A stretch of DNA of 64,000 bases from Thermodesulfobacteriota bacterium (GTDB lineage: Bacteria > Desulfobacterota > Syntrophorhabdia > Syntrophorhabdales > JANXAF01), in contig JANXAF010000002.1 of assembly GCA_025062045.1 (NCBI GenBank), positions 6,765 to 70,764 of the forward strand. Direction: 5' to 3'. This document shows, piece after piece, positions 39,351 through 47,460 of this stretch. The first letter of the stretch is position 1, and each line of letters starts with the position of its first letter. The notes under the pieces are model-generated. The model had not been told where the DNA came from and searched no databases. It saw nothing but the letters and a program-made list of their open reading frames with translations. The translations under genes and the position numbers were made by a program.

Positions 39351-40652
39351 TCACTTCACAAACGACGGAAGGAAAGTTGCAATTGGTGGGTAAAAAAGGA
39401 GTATTATAGAAGCAACAATCATGGCTATAAGGAACGGGAATATGCCTTTGAATATCTGCTCTAGTGGAACATCCTTGGCAATTCCCTTTATCACATAGAC
39501 ATTAACCCCGACGGGCGGGGTAACGACACCCATGCATGTGACAAGCACGATTATAACCCCAAACCATATGGGATCATATCCTAAATTAAGAACAATAGGA
39601 TAAAGGATAGGGATCGTAAGAATGATAAGCGGAATAGCGTCTATGAAACATCCACCCACAAGGTATATGGCGATTATGACAAGCATAATGACAAAGGGCG
39701 GGACCTCAAGGGATGAAACCCAGTTAGATATAAGGAGAGGCAACTTAGAAATAGTTACAAATTTTCCAAAAACAGTGGCACAGGCAATTATCGTAAGGAT
39801 CATACAAGAGGTCCTTAGGGCTTCCCTCGTATTTTGCACAAAGGAATCCCATGTAACCTCTCTTCTTAGAAGACCAAGTACTAAAGCACCAGCTGCTCCT
39901 ATTCCTCCTGCCTGAGTGGGTGTAAAAAAACCAAAAAGGAGTCCACCAACGACAAGAATAAAAAGGCCCACAGCATCCATGATCCTAAGACAGGCTATGA
40001 CCTTTTCTTTTAGCGTTGATCTTTCTCCCTTCGGCCCGTATGTAGGGTTTTTGTAGCATATTATTATTACAGCTACGCTCATAAGGATTGCGAGGAGAAT
40101 ACCTGGCAATATACCAGAGATAAAAAGCTTGCCGATGGACTGTTCCGTCATGAATCCGTAAATCAAAAATATTACGCTTGGCGGTATTAGTATTCCCAAA
40201 CTTCCCGCAGCTGCAATGCAGCCCGTTGCAAGCGTATCGTTATATCCATACTTTTTCATAGCGGGAAGTGCAAGCTTTCCCATAGTAGCAGCTGTGGCAG
40301 TAGAAGACCCACAAATAGCCCCAAAGGCAGCACACGCAAATATTGAGGCGATAGCTAACCCACCCCTTATGTGGCCAAATACTTTGTAGGCCGCATCGTA
40401 AAGCCTCGAACCAAGTCCTGCAGAAAAAGCATAGTAACCCATGAGGATGAACATCGGAATGGCACTAATAGAGTAAGATGTGAGCTGCTCAAAGATGTTT
40501 CTGGGGAGAATGGCAAGACCTGTTTTTAATGATGTTACATAGGAAAAACCCAGAAATCCTACAAACGCCATTGAGAAAGCAATAGGCATCCTTATTACAA
40601 AAAATAAAACAAGGACCCCTATTCCGATTATACCTACCGTTTCTGGGCTCAT
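39351..40652 (-). CDS. dctM: TRAP transporter large permease
   Basis: It is a 433-aa polytopic DctM-like protein and overlaps dctQ by 4 bp. Confidence 0.9.
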   Translation of the reverse strand: MSPETVGIIGIGVLVLFFVIRMPIAFSMAFVGFLGFSYVTSLKTGLAILPRNIFEQLTSYSISAIPMFILMGYYAFSAGLGSRLYDAAYKVFGHIRGGLAIASIFACAAFGAICGSSTATAATMGKLALPAMKKYGYNDTLATGCIAAAGSLGILIPPSVIFLIYGFMTEQSIGKLFISGILPGILLAILMSVAVIIICYKNPTYGPKGERSTLKEKVIACLRIMDAVGLFILVVGGLLFGFFTPTQAGGIGAAGALVLGLLRREVTWDSFVQNTREALRTSCMILTIIACATVFGKFVTISKLPLLISNWVSSLEVPPFVIMLVIIAIYLVGGCFIDAIPLIILTIPILYPIVLNLGYDPIWFGVIIVLVTCMGVVTPPVGVNVYVIKGIAKDVPLEQIFKGIFPFLIAMIVASIILLFYPPIATFLPSFVK

Positions 40653-41131
40653 CTCTTCATCCTCACATTTTTTACAACTTCTAAAAGGTAGAAGAGAATG
40701 ACCGGGATTGTACTTAAAGCAAAGGCGTAAGCAAATGGGTATAATGGCAATTTAGATACTGATCCAATCTCACCGGAAAGCTGAAGAGATCTCGCATACT
40801 TAAGACCGTAGACTAGGAGGACCAAAAAGAGGATAAGACAGCAAAAAGAGACAAAGATATCCAAAATTTTCTTTACATAAAAAGGCAACTTTTCAGAGAT
40901 AAATTCGATCTTTAAGTGGGTTCCTATGAAAAGGCCAAAGGCGATCGCAAAAGCTATCGCCACTACCTGGGCAAAGCTTATTATCTCTAATGCCCCTGGC
41001 AGGGGCCATCTAAAGAATTTAGCGCCCACAACGTCGACTAAATTTGCAAAAAACATGATAAGGAAGAAGATGGCCCCTATGCCCTCCATGTATCTGCTTA
41101 CCCGTCTCGTTAGCTTCTCTAACGTTCCCAT
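40649..41131 (-). CDS. dctQ: TRAP transporter small permease
   Basis: It is 160 aa with four TM segments and lies between dctP and dctM. Confidence 0.8.
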   Translation of the reverse strand: MGTLEKLTRRVSRYMEGIGAIFFLIMFFANLVDVVGAKFFRWPLPGALEIISFAQVVAIAFAIAFGLFIGTHLKIEFISEKLPFYVKKILDIFVSFCCLILFLVLLVYGLKYARSLQLSGEIGSVSKLPLYPFAYAFALSTIPVILFYLLEVVKNVRMKR

Positions 41132-41138
41132 CAGTGCA

Positions 41139-42212
41139 CTACTTTATCCTTACGTCGTCTGGACCAGTCGTTGACTTTATCTTAAGCTCCCTTTGCTTTT
41201 TCAACCAGTAGTCAATCCTTTCCTTCACAAAGGAGATCCATCCCCTCACATCCCTCTCGGAATAACCAGCGGCCACCATTGATTTTATGTACTTGTCAAT
41301 CACCGTTTCGGCAGCCTTTATCCATCTTTTTTCCTCTTCAGGGGAGAGAGTGATAAACTGGATCCCTTTCTCCATACCTAGCTGTTTTCCATCGATGTCT
41401 ATTTCATTCCACATTGTAGCCAGCTTTTCCTGGAATGGATATTCGTTAAAGACTTTCTTTACGTCGTCAGGAAGTTTTCTCCACGTATCCTTATTCATGA
41501 CGATATAGAAGTTATACTGCTGTCCGATGCCCCAACACTCCGTCGTGTATTTTATGACCTCTGCAAATCTGAAGGCTCTGAATGTCTCCATAGGGATATA
41601 AACTCCATCTACTACCCTTTTTAGTATCGCATCGTACGTCTCCGGAGCGGCAACGCCCCTCGGTGTTGCACCTAAAGCAGAAACGACATCGGCTATGTAA
41701 CCCATCGCCCTGATATTAAGCCCCTTCAAATCCTCGAGCTTATAGACTGGTTTTGTCGCAACCATCATTACGTTTATAGGAGAACTGTGGAGAGTGAGAA
41801 CATGTACATCATCCCATTCCTTAGGTCTAAATCTTTTGAAGAAATCGTTGACCACGTGGTTCGACACCCAAGCATTTGGAAAACCGAGTGGCATATCGAG
41901 GACTTCTGTGACCTTAAATCTGCCAGGTGTGTAAGCGATGTGAGAGAATCCTATATCCGCTATACCCTGGACAACCCCATCATACATCTTGGCTGGGCTA
42001 AGAAGCGTACCTGCGGGGAAATAGCTGAATTTCACCTTCCCCCCTGTTCTTGCCTCGATGTCCTTTATGAACTCTTCACAAATCTTCGACTGCCTCGCAA
42101 CCACAGGGAAGTAGTTGGCCCATTTGAGCTCGATTGCCGGTGCACAGAGAACAGAATCCGCAAGGAAAAGAAACATTAAACCAACGAGCAGAGCATAAGA
42201 AAGTTTCCTCAT
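41139..42212 (-). CDS. dctP: TRAP transporter periplasmic solute-binding protein (DctP family)
   Basis: It has a signal peptide and DctP-like sequence, an AGGAGG SD, and is the first gene of the dctPQM-ligase operon. Confidence 0.85.
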   Translation of the reverse strand: MRKLSYALLVGLMFLFLADSVLCAPAIELKWANYFPVVARQSKICEEFIKDIEARTGGKVKFSYFPAGTLLSPAKMYDGVVQGIADIGFSHIAYTPGRFKVTEVLDMPLGFPNAWVSNHVVNDFFKRFRPKEWDDVHVLTLHSSPINVMMVATKPVYKLEDLKGLNIRAMGYIADVVSALGATPRGVAAPETYDAILKRVVDGVYIPMETFRAFRFAEVIKYTTECWGIGQQYNFYIVMNKDTWRKLPDDVKKVFNEYPFQEKLATMWNEIDIDGKQLGMEKGIQFITLSPEEEKRWIKAAETVIDKYIKSMVAAGYSERDVRGWISFVKERIDYWLKKQRELKIKSTTGPDDVRIK

Positions 42213-42304
42213 GATCCCCTCCTTTAAACATTGTTTGATCTATCTTTATTACTTTTTCTTCAAAGATGTCAAGTGAAAAGAGAATACGACTGTTCTAACA
42301 TTTT

Positions 42305-42333
42305 TTGACTCGCCGTTTAAAAACGGAGTATAT
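42305..42333 (+). promoter_or_regulatory. Sigma70-like promoter of tsaC/sua5 (TTGACT-N17-GTATAT), probably leaderless
   Basis: TTGACT lies at 42305-42310 and GTATAT at 42328-42333. There are 6 nt to the ATG at 42340 and no SD. The spacer contains the inverted repeat CCGTTT-AA-AAACGG. Confidence 0.45.
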
Positions 42334-42339
42334 TTTTCC

Positions 42340-43308
42340 ATGCAAATTTTAAAGGGAGACGATTACTCCGCTTTTCAAATAGCTTGCGATCTCTTAAAAA
42401 AGGGCGAGATCGTCGCTTTTCCAACAGAAACGGTCTATGGACTCGGTGCTGATGCCTTAAACCCACACGCTGTCCTTAAGATTTTCGAAGTAAAAAGGAG
42501 GCCGCGTTTTGACCCGATAATCGTTCATGTTTCCGATTACGAATGGGTGCGGCAAATAGTGAAAGGATTTCCGGAAGAGGCAAAAAGGATAGCGGAAAGG
42601 TTCTGGCCAGGACCCTTAACTATCATTCTAGAAAAGAATGAAAAAATTCCAGACATAGTAACAGCGGGTCTTTCCACCGTCGCTGTACGTATGCCCTCCC
42701 ATCCTATTGCTAAAAGGCTTATAGAATCCTTCGGGAGACCGATCGCCGCACCTAGCGCAAATCCATTTGGATACATAAGTCCAACAAAGGCCTCCCATGT
42801 GGCAAAGCTTCTAGGGAACAGAATTCCTCTCATAATCGATGGAGGAGATACGGTATTCGGGATCGAATCGACCGTTATATCCGTGGAGGGACAAAGGATA
42901 ACAGTTTACAGGTTGGGTGCAATAGCGATTGAGGAACTTTCAGAGTTCGGAGAGATTGTGTTCGCCCATTCGGGAACAGAAAAATACCGTTCACCCGGAC
43001 AGCTTCCCTACCACTACGCACCACATAAACCCTTAAAAATAGTTGATGGCCCAGAGATGGTAGAAAATCCTCTGTCCTCCTATCTCGCCTTTAAAGAACC
43101 AGAAAAAAAGGTTAATGCCAAATACATAAGAGTACTCAGTAAGACTGGGGACTTAAAAGAGGCAGCTTTTAACTTCTTTTCCTATCTTTTGGAGCTCGAC
43201 AGAGATGACGTAGAGATAATTTACGCTGAAAAGATTCCAGAAGTTGGTCTCGGTCGTGCAATGATGGAAAGACTGAAAAAAGCGGAAAAAAAACATCTTC
43301 TTACTTGA
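42340..43308 (+). CDS. tsaC: L-threonylcarbamoyladenylate synthase (Sua5/YwlC type, with C-terminal Sua5 domain)
   Basis: It has FPTETVYGLGADA, KRRPRFDPIIVHV and PSANPFG motifs and is 322 aa. Confidence 0.9.
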   Translation: MQILKGDDYSAFQIACDLLKKGEIVAFPTETVYGLGADALNPHAVLKIFEVKRRPRFDPIIVHVSDYEWVRQIVKGFPEEAKRIAERFWPGPLTIILEKNEKIPDIVTAGLSTVAVRMPSHPIAKRLIESFGRPIAAPSANPFGYISPTKASHVAKLLGNRIPLIIDGGDTVFGIESTVISVEGQRITVYRLGAIAIEELSEFGEIVFAHSGTEKYRSPGQLPYHYAPHKPLKIVDGPEMVENPLSSYLAFKEPEKKVNAKYIRVLSKTGDLKEAAFNFFSYLLELDRDDVEIIYAEKIPEVGLGRAMMERLKKAEKKHLLT

Positions 43309-43434
43309 GAAAGTGAGTTTTAGATGTTATTTTAGAGGCCGGTCTTTGGCAGGGGCAGGAAGTTGAAATACTCTTGTAAAATTGAGCACTTAAAAATGAA
43401 TCAGTACATTTTATCAACAAGATTTCAACAAAAA

Positions 43435-43710
43435 ATGTTGAAAACTTGGCTTGTAATTTTTTTTCTCTTTTTCATCTTTGGTTGCTCTGGTCCCCAAATA
43501 AGACCCGAAAGGTCTATAGCAATAACAGTGGGTATGACTCAAGAGGAGGTAAGGAGTTCGCTTGGCGAACCCACTTCAATAAGCATGACTTCTTATGGTA
43601 CAATCCTTTGGACGTACAGGCCCTCCTGGAAAATTTTACCTGACAGAGGGGGCACCCTAATTGTCGAATTTAAAAATAACAAGGTAATAAAAGTAGTCAG
43701 GATGAGGTGA
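43435..43710 (+). CDS. SmpA/OmlA-type outer-membrane lipoprotein (beta-barrel assembly BamE-like, unrelated to the benzoyl-CoA reductase bam genes)
   Basis: From the internal Met it has a lipoprotein signal MLKTWLVIFFLFFIFGC followed by GMTQEEVRSSLGEPT, the SmpA_OmlA motif. Confidence 0.7.
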   Translation: MLKTWLVIFFLFFIFGCSGPQIRPERSIAITVGMTQEEVRSSLGEPTSISMTSYGTILWTYRPSWKILPDRGGTLIVEFKNNKVIKVVRMR

Positions 43711-43713
43711 AAG

Positions 43714-43935
43714 ATGCTCTGTGCGGATTGCCAAGAGAGAATAACAAAGATTGAATGTCCGAACTGTGGAAAGAATGTCTACGTCCTTGGCCAATACTGT
43801 TACGAATGTGGTAATGAGCTTCCATCGGAAAGTGAAGACTTTGAAAGTCGGATTCTTTGCAGCGACGAAACTTGTATTGGAACAATAAATGAGAACGGTA
43901 TCTGTAATGTCTGCGGAAAACCTTATAGTCCATAA
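43714..43935 (+). CDS. Small double zinc-ribbon protein
   Basis: It is 73 aa with CxxC pairs (CADC, CPNC, CYEC, CNVC) and is tightly packed between the lipoprotein gene and ftsY. Confidence 0.55.
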   Translation: MLCADCQERITKIECPNCGKNVYVLGQYCYECGNELPSESEDFESRILCSDETCIGTINENGICNVCGKPYSP

Positions 43936-43938
43936 GCT

Positions 43939-44847
43939 ATGTCACTTTTTGAAAAGCTAAAAGAGGGACTAAAGAAGACAAGGGATCAGATTAAGACGAG
44001 AATCGAATGGGCCATAAGGGGCACATTCGATGAAAGTGTTTTTAATGAGATAGAGGAAGCCCTCATCCTTTCCGACTGTGGTGTCGATACATCTTCAAGG
44101 CTTGTAGAGCAGTTAAAGGAGAGATGGAAGAGGGGATACATAAAGGATGAAAAACAGTTAAAAGTTGCTCTTCGAGACTTAGTCGAAGAGATCCTTAAGA
44201 AGGTTGAAGAACCACTCTATGTGGACAATTTTAAACCTTTTGTGATTCTGACACTTGGTGTAAACGGTGTTGGAAAAACGACAACCATAGCCAAATTGGC
44301 AAAAAGATTAAAAGACGAAAAAAAGAGTGTGCTTCTGGGTGCTTGCGATACCTTCAGAGCAGCAGCAATTGATCAGATCTCCATATGGGCCCAGAGGGTT
44401 GGGGTAGATATCGTCAAAAGTAGAGAAGGTTCTGACCCTGCAAGTGTGGCATACGATACATTGAAGGCTGCAAAGGCTAGAGAAATGGACGTTGTTATTC
44501 TTGATACGGCAGGAAGGTTACATACAAAGCATAACCTTGTGGAAGAGATTAAAAAGATAAAAAGGGTGATTGCCAAGGAGATAAGTGAAGGACCCCACGA
44601 GACCATGCTCGTTTTGGATGCAACAAACGGGCAGAATGCGATCCAGCAGGTAAAATCTTTCCACGATGCTCTGCACGTGACAGGATTGACAGTGGCAAAG
44701 CTCGACGGTACTGCAAAGGGGGGATTTATCTTGCCGATTGCAGAGCGTTTTAAGATTCCTATAAGATACGTAGCCACGGGAGAAAAGCTTGAGGACCTCT
44801 CCCCTTTTTCTGCAAAAGAATTCGCTAGGGCTCTCTTTGAGGACTAA
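43939..44847 (+). CDS. ftsY: Signal recognition particle receptor (NG domain only)
   Basis: It has GVNGVGKTTT, DTAGR and TKLDG-type (AKLDGTAKGG) motifs and is 302 aa. Confidence 0.93.
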   Translation: MSLFEKLKEGLKKTRDQIKTRIEWAIRGTFDESVFNEIEEALILSDCGVDTSSRLVEQLKERWKRGYIKDEKQLKVALRDLVEEILKKVEEPLYVDNFKPFVILTLGVNGVGKTTTIAKLAKRLKDEKKSVLLGACDTFRAAAIDQISIWAQRVGVDIVKSREGSDPASVAYDTLKAAKAREMDVVILDTAGRLHTKHNLVEEIKKIKRVIAKEISEGPHETMLVLDATNGQNAIQQVKSFHDALHVTGLTVAKLDGTAKGGFILPIAERFKIPIRYVATGEKLEDLSPFSAKEFARALFED

Positions 44848-44849
44848 AT

Positions 44850-45629
44850 TCAGGTTGCCCTTTCCAGAGCGATTAAGGCGGCGCCTAAGGCCCCAACTAT
44901 CTGAGGTTCAAAGTAGACTTTAATTTCCACGCCTAGGGCAGATTCAAGGGCCTTAACAACACCGATGTTTTTTGCAACCCCTCCTGTCATTACCACCTCT
45001 TTTTCAATGCCACCTAGCCTATTTATTAGACCCAGCGTTCTATCGGCGATGGCCTTGTGTATCCCGTAAAGGATATCTTCCAGCTCCTCTCCTTCGCTTA
45101 AGAGGGAGATCACCTCTGATTCCGCAAAGACTGTACATATGCTACTTATGCTTATCTCTTTTTTGTGCTTAAGCGATATACCACCAATTTTGTCTATGTC
45201 CACATTCAGAGCATGGGCCATGACTTCGAGAAACCTTCCCGTACCTGCCGCACATTTATCGTTCATTTCGAATTCAACAACCCTTCCCTTATTATCTATC
45301 CTTATTACCTTTGTGTCCTGACCACCTATGTCTATCACTGTTTTGGCGTCGGGGAAAAGGTAGTTGGCGCCCCTCGCGATACAGGTTATCTCTGTCACTG
45401 TATCATTGGCAAAAGTTGCTCTTTTCCTTCCGCAACCTGTTGCAATTATGTAGGATAAGTCCTCCATGCTCTTTTTAGGGTACGCCAACACCTTTTCGAG
45501 TGCTTCTTCCGCCGTCTTTTTTGAGTCTGCACCGGTTTGCATTATCGTGTAGTTCACTATGCCTTTTTCCTTTTCAAAAAGGAGTGCTTCGGTCGTAATC
45601 GAACCTATATCTAGACCAGCAACCAGCAT
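44850..45629 (-). CDS. BadF/BadG/BcrA/BcrD-type ATPase: 2-hydroxyacyl-CoA dehydratase-type activase (HgdC-like)
   Basis: It has the acetate/sugar-kinase fold start GLDIGSITTE, the cluster-bridging Cys motifs NDKCAAGTG and ICTVFAESE, and is 259 aa. Confidence 0.88.
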   Translation of the reverse strand: MLVAGLDIGSITTEALLFEKEKGIVNYTIMQTGADSKKTAEEALEKVLAYPKKSMEDLSYIIATGCGRKRATFANDTVTEITCIARGANYLFPDAKTVIDIGGQDTKVIRIDNKGRVVEFEMNDKCAAGTGRFLEVMAHALNVDIDKIGGISLKHKKEISISSICTVFAESEVISLLSEGEELEDILYGIHKAIADRTLGLINRLGGIEKEVVMTGGVAKNIGVVKALESALGVEIKVYFEPQIVGALGAALIALERAT

Positions 45630-45644
45630 GCCATTGCCTCTTCT

Positions 45645-45860
45645 TCACTCGATGACAGCAAGAACCGAATCCGCTTCCACATCGTCGCCGGGTTTTACCC
45701 TGATCTCCTTTATCGTGCCAGAGCAGGGTGCGACAATAGGCATTTCCATCTTCATCGCTTCTAAGACAGCGATTTCGTCGTTCTCATTTACCTTGTCCCC
45801 AACATTTACTAGAACTTTAACAATCTTTCCAACCATTGGTACGGTAACCTCTGTCGCCAT
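45645..45860 (-). CDS. Stand-alone biotinyl (biotin carboxyl carrier) domain protein, 71 aa
   Basis: It has the biotinylation motif EAMKME in a minimal biotinyl/lipoyl beta-barrel. I place the start at Met20 of the ORF-track protein because an AAGGAGG SD precedes it. Confidence 0.8.
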   Translation of the reverse strand: MATEVTVPMVGKIVKVLVNVGDKVNENDEIAVLEAMKMEMPIVAPCSGTIKEIRVKPGDDVEADSVLAVIE

Positions 45861-45882
45861 AACTACCTCCTTGACACTTAAC

Positions 45883-47040
45883 TTAGGCCTTTCTATAACC
45901 CAAGACGTACTGGGCAATGATCATTTTTTGTATATTCGAAGTACCTTCTACGATTTGATAGGACTTTGCGTCCCTAAAGAATCTTTCCACAGGATACTCC
46001 GTAGAGTATCCGTAAGAGCCAAAAATCTTTATAGCTTCGGAGGCGCAGAAATTCGCTGATTCAGCCGCGTAGTACTTGGCAACCGATGTCTCCAAGGTGT
46101 TGTTGATGCCCTGATCCTTCTGCCATGCCGCTCTTAGGACGAGAAGCTTTGCTGCCTCGTGTTCTACGTACATTCTGGCTATCTGCTCCTGAATCATCTG
46201 GAATTTACCTATCTGCTGACCGAACTGCTCCCTTTCGTTTGCGTATTTGACAGCCTCTTCAATACAAGTCTGGGCAACGCCTACTGCTCTTGCTGCTGAA
46301 CTAAGCCGCGTAAAGTTCAACATGTACATACAGATTTCGAACCCTTGTCCTTTCTGGCCAATCAAAGCACTTTTAGGGATCTTTACGTCTTCGAAGAATA
46401 TTTCTCCCGTTGGAGCGCAGAAAAGCCCAAGTTTAGTCTCTATGGCTCTCTGGGTTATACCAGGAGTGTTAAAATCAACGATGAATGCGGACATCCCTTT
46501 ATGCTTTGCGGACCTGTCAGTCATCGCATAGACTATACCCACATCAACGTACGGAACACCGGATATCCATGTTTTCGTTCCATTGAGAATGAAGCCATCA
46601 TCTACTTCGGTAGCAGTTGTTCTCATGCTCGCTACGTCAGATCCCGAGTTAGGTTCAGTTATTGCGAAGCAGCCTTTTAGAGTTCCAGCAATTAGTCCGG
46701 GCAAATACTTTTCCCTCTGCTCTTCCGTACCGTATTTTAGAAGGACCGTCTGGGGCCCATTCATCTGCAGATTGAACGGCAATCCGTATGAAGGGCTCAC
46801 TCTTGCAACTTCGATAGTCATGAGAGTTGCAGCCAGGTGCCCCTCGGGAAGTGCGAGTCCTCCGTATTTTTCAGGAGCTATACACGCAAACATTCCTTGC
46901 TCGCCCATCTTTTTCACAATTTCAGGACGGAATCTGTGTTCCTTCTCATCCTCTTCCATTGTAGGTTTTATGTGTTTGAGTGCGAACTCGTAAGCCATCT
47001 TTCTCATTTGCTCGAGTTCTTCAGAAATTCTAAAGTCCAT
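45883..47040 (-). CDS. Acyl-CoA dehydrogenase (possibly glutaryl-CoA dehydrogenase-like)
   Basis: It has the ACAD fold (CFAITEPNSGSD, catalytic region YQIVEGTSNIQ). I place the start at MDFRISEE (47040), which has an AGGAG SD. The ORF-track start at 47082 lacks one. Confidence 0.9.
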   Translation of the reverse strand: MDFRISEELEQMRKMAYEFALKHIKPTMEEDEKEHRFRPEIVKKMGEQGMFACIAPEKYGGLALPEGHLAATLMTIEVARVSPSYGLPFNLQMNGPQTVLLKYGTEEQREKYLPGLIAGTLKGCFAITEPNSGSDVASMRTTATEVDDGFILNGTKTWISGVPYVDVGIVYAMTDRSAKHKGMSAFIVDFNTPGITQRAIETKLGLFCAPTGEIFFEDVKIPKSALIGQKGQGFEICMYMLNFTRLSSAARAVGVAQTCIEEAVKYANEREQFGQQIGKFQMIQEQIARMYVEHEAAKLLVLRAAWQKDQGINNTLETSVAKYYAAESANFCASEAIKIFGSYGYSTEYPVERFFRDAKSYQIVEGTSNIQKMIIAQYVLGYRKA

Positions 47041-47085
47041 CTCATTCACTCCTTTCTTTCTGGTTTGTGAAACTGTTAACAACCT

Positions 47086-47114
47086 ATCATATCAGAGGGT
47101 ATCTTGAGTGTCAA
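47086..47114 (-). promoter_or_regulatory. Sigma70-like promoter of the acd operon (TTGACA-N17-TATGAT)
   Basis: The minus strand reads TTGACActcaagataccctctgaTATGAT. The palindrome TGTTAACA lies between the -10 box and the SD. Confidence 0.5.
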
Positions 47115-47426
47115 GACCATTTTTGAATGTGGAACTTGATCTTCAAAGATCAAGCATGCTTCCAGAGGCAAAATGAGACTCTCCCAATGTCCTTTTTGTC
47201 TAAAGCTAAGGGCTACAGCTATCCGTGCAGTCTTTAGTATTTCGTCTTTCTGGCTTGACCCAATTTTTTCTTTGAATTAAAAGCCCTCAAAGATGTGCCT
47301 TCGTCGACGGTTAGAACGCCTAAGGACGTGCTAAATTGAGTCTCGAGAAAAGAATTTTTTGACCTAATCCTTACTCCATCTAGTTGGGCAATAAGATCGT
47401 TAAACTATTCTATCACGTCGTTCGAT

Positions 47427-47454
47427 TTACAAGATCGGTCCCGAATGCTAACAT
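47427..47454 (+). promoter_or_regulatory. Sigma70-like promoter of the CPA2 antiporter gene (TTACAA-N16-TAACAT), probably leaderless
   Basis: The -10 box ends 6 nt before the ATG at 47461 and there is no SD. Confidence 0.45.
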
Positions 47455-47460
47455 TCTTTT

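Noticed and set aside
42292-42297. GTTCTA/TAGAAC half-sites near the TRAP promoter and at 47311-47317, taken as evidence for a shared IclR regulon
   Set aside because: Only isolated hexamer half-sites are present, and such hexamers are expected many times by chance in 64 kb on two strands. Only the full palindrome at 32323-32337 is reported.
45559-46059. A 166-aa plus-strand ORF spanning three minus-strand genes
   Set aside because: It is antisense to the activase, biotin-carrier and ACAD genes, all of which have clear family signatures. The translation has no recognisable motif.
47041-47082. The upstream start of the acyl-CoA dehydrogenase (MLTVSQTRKKGVNE...), and likewise the 45917 start of the biotin-carrier ORF
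   Set aside because: Internal Met codons at 47040 and 45860 are each preceded by AGGAG/AAGGAGG at proper spacing and give canonical N-termini. The longer forms would overlap the promoter or the upstream gene.
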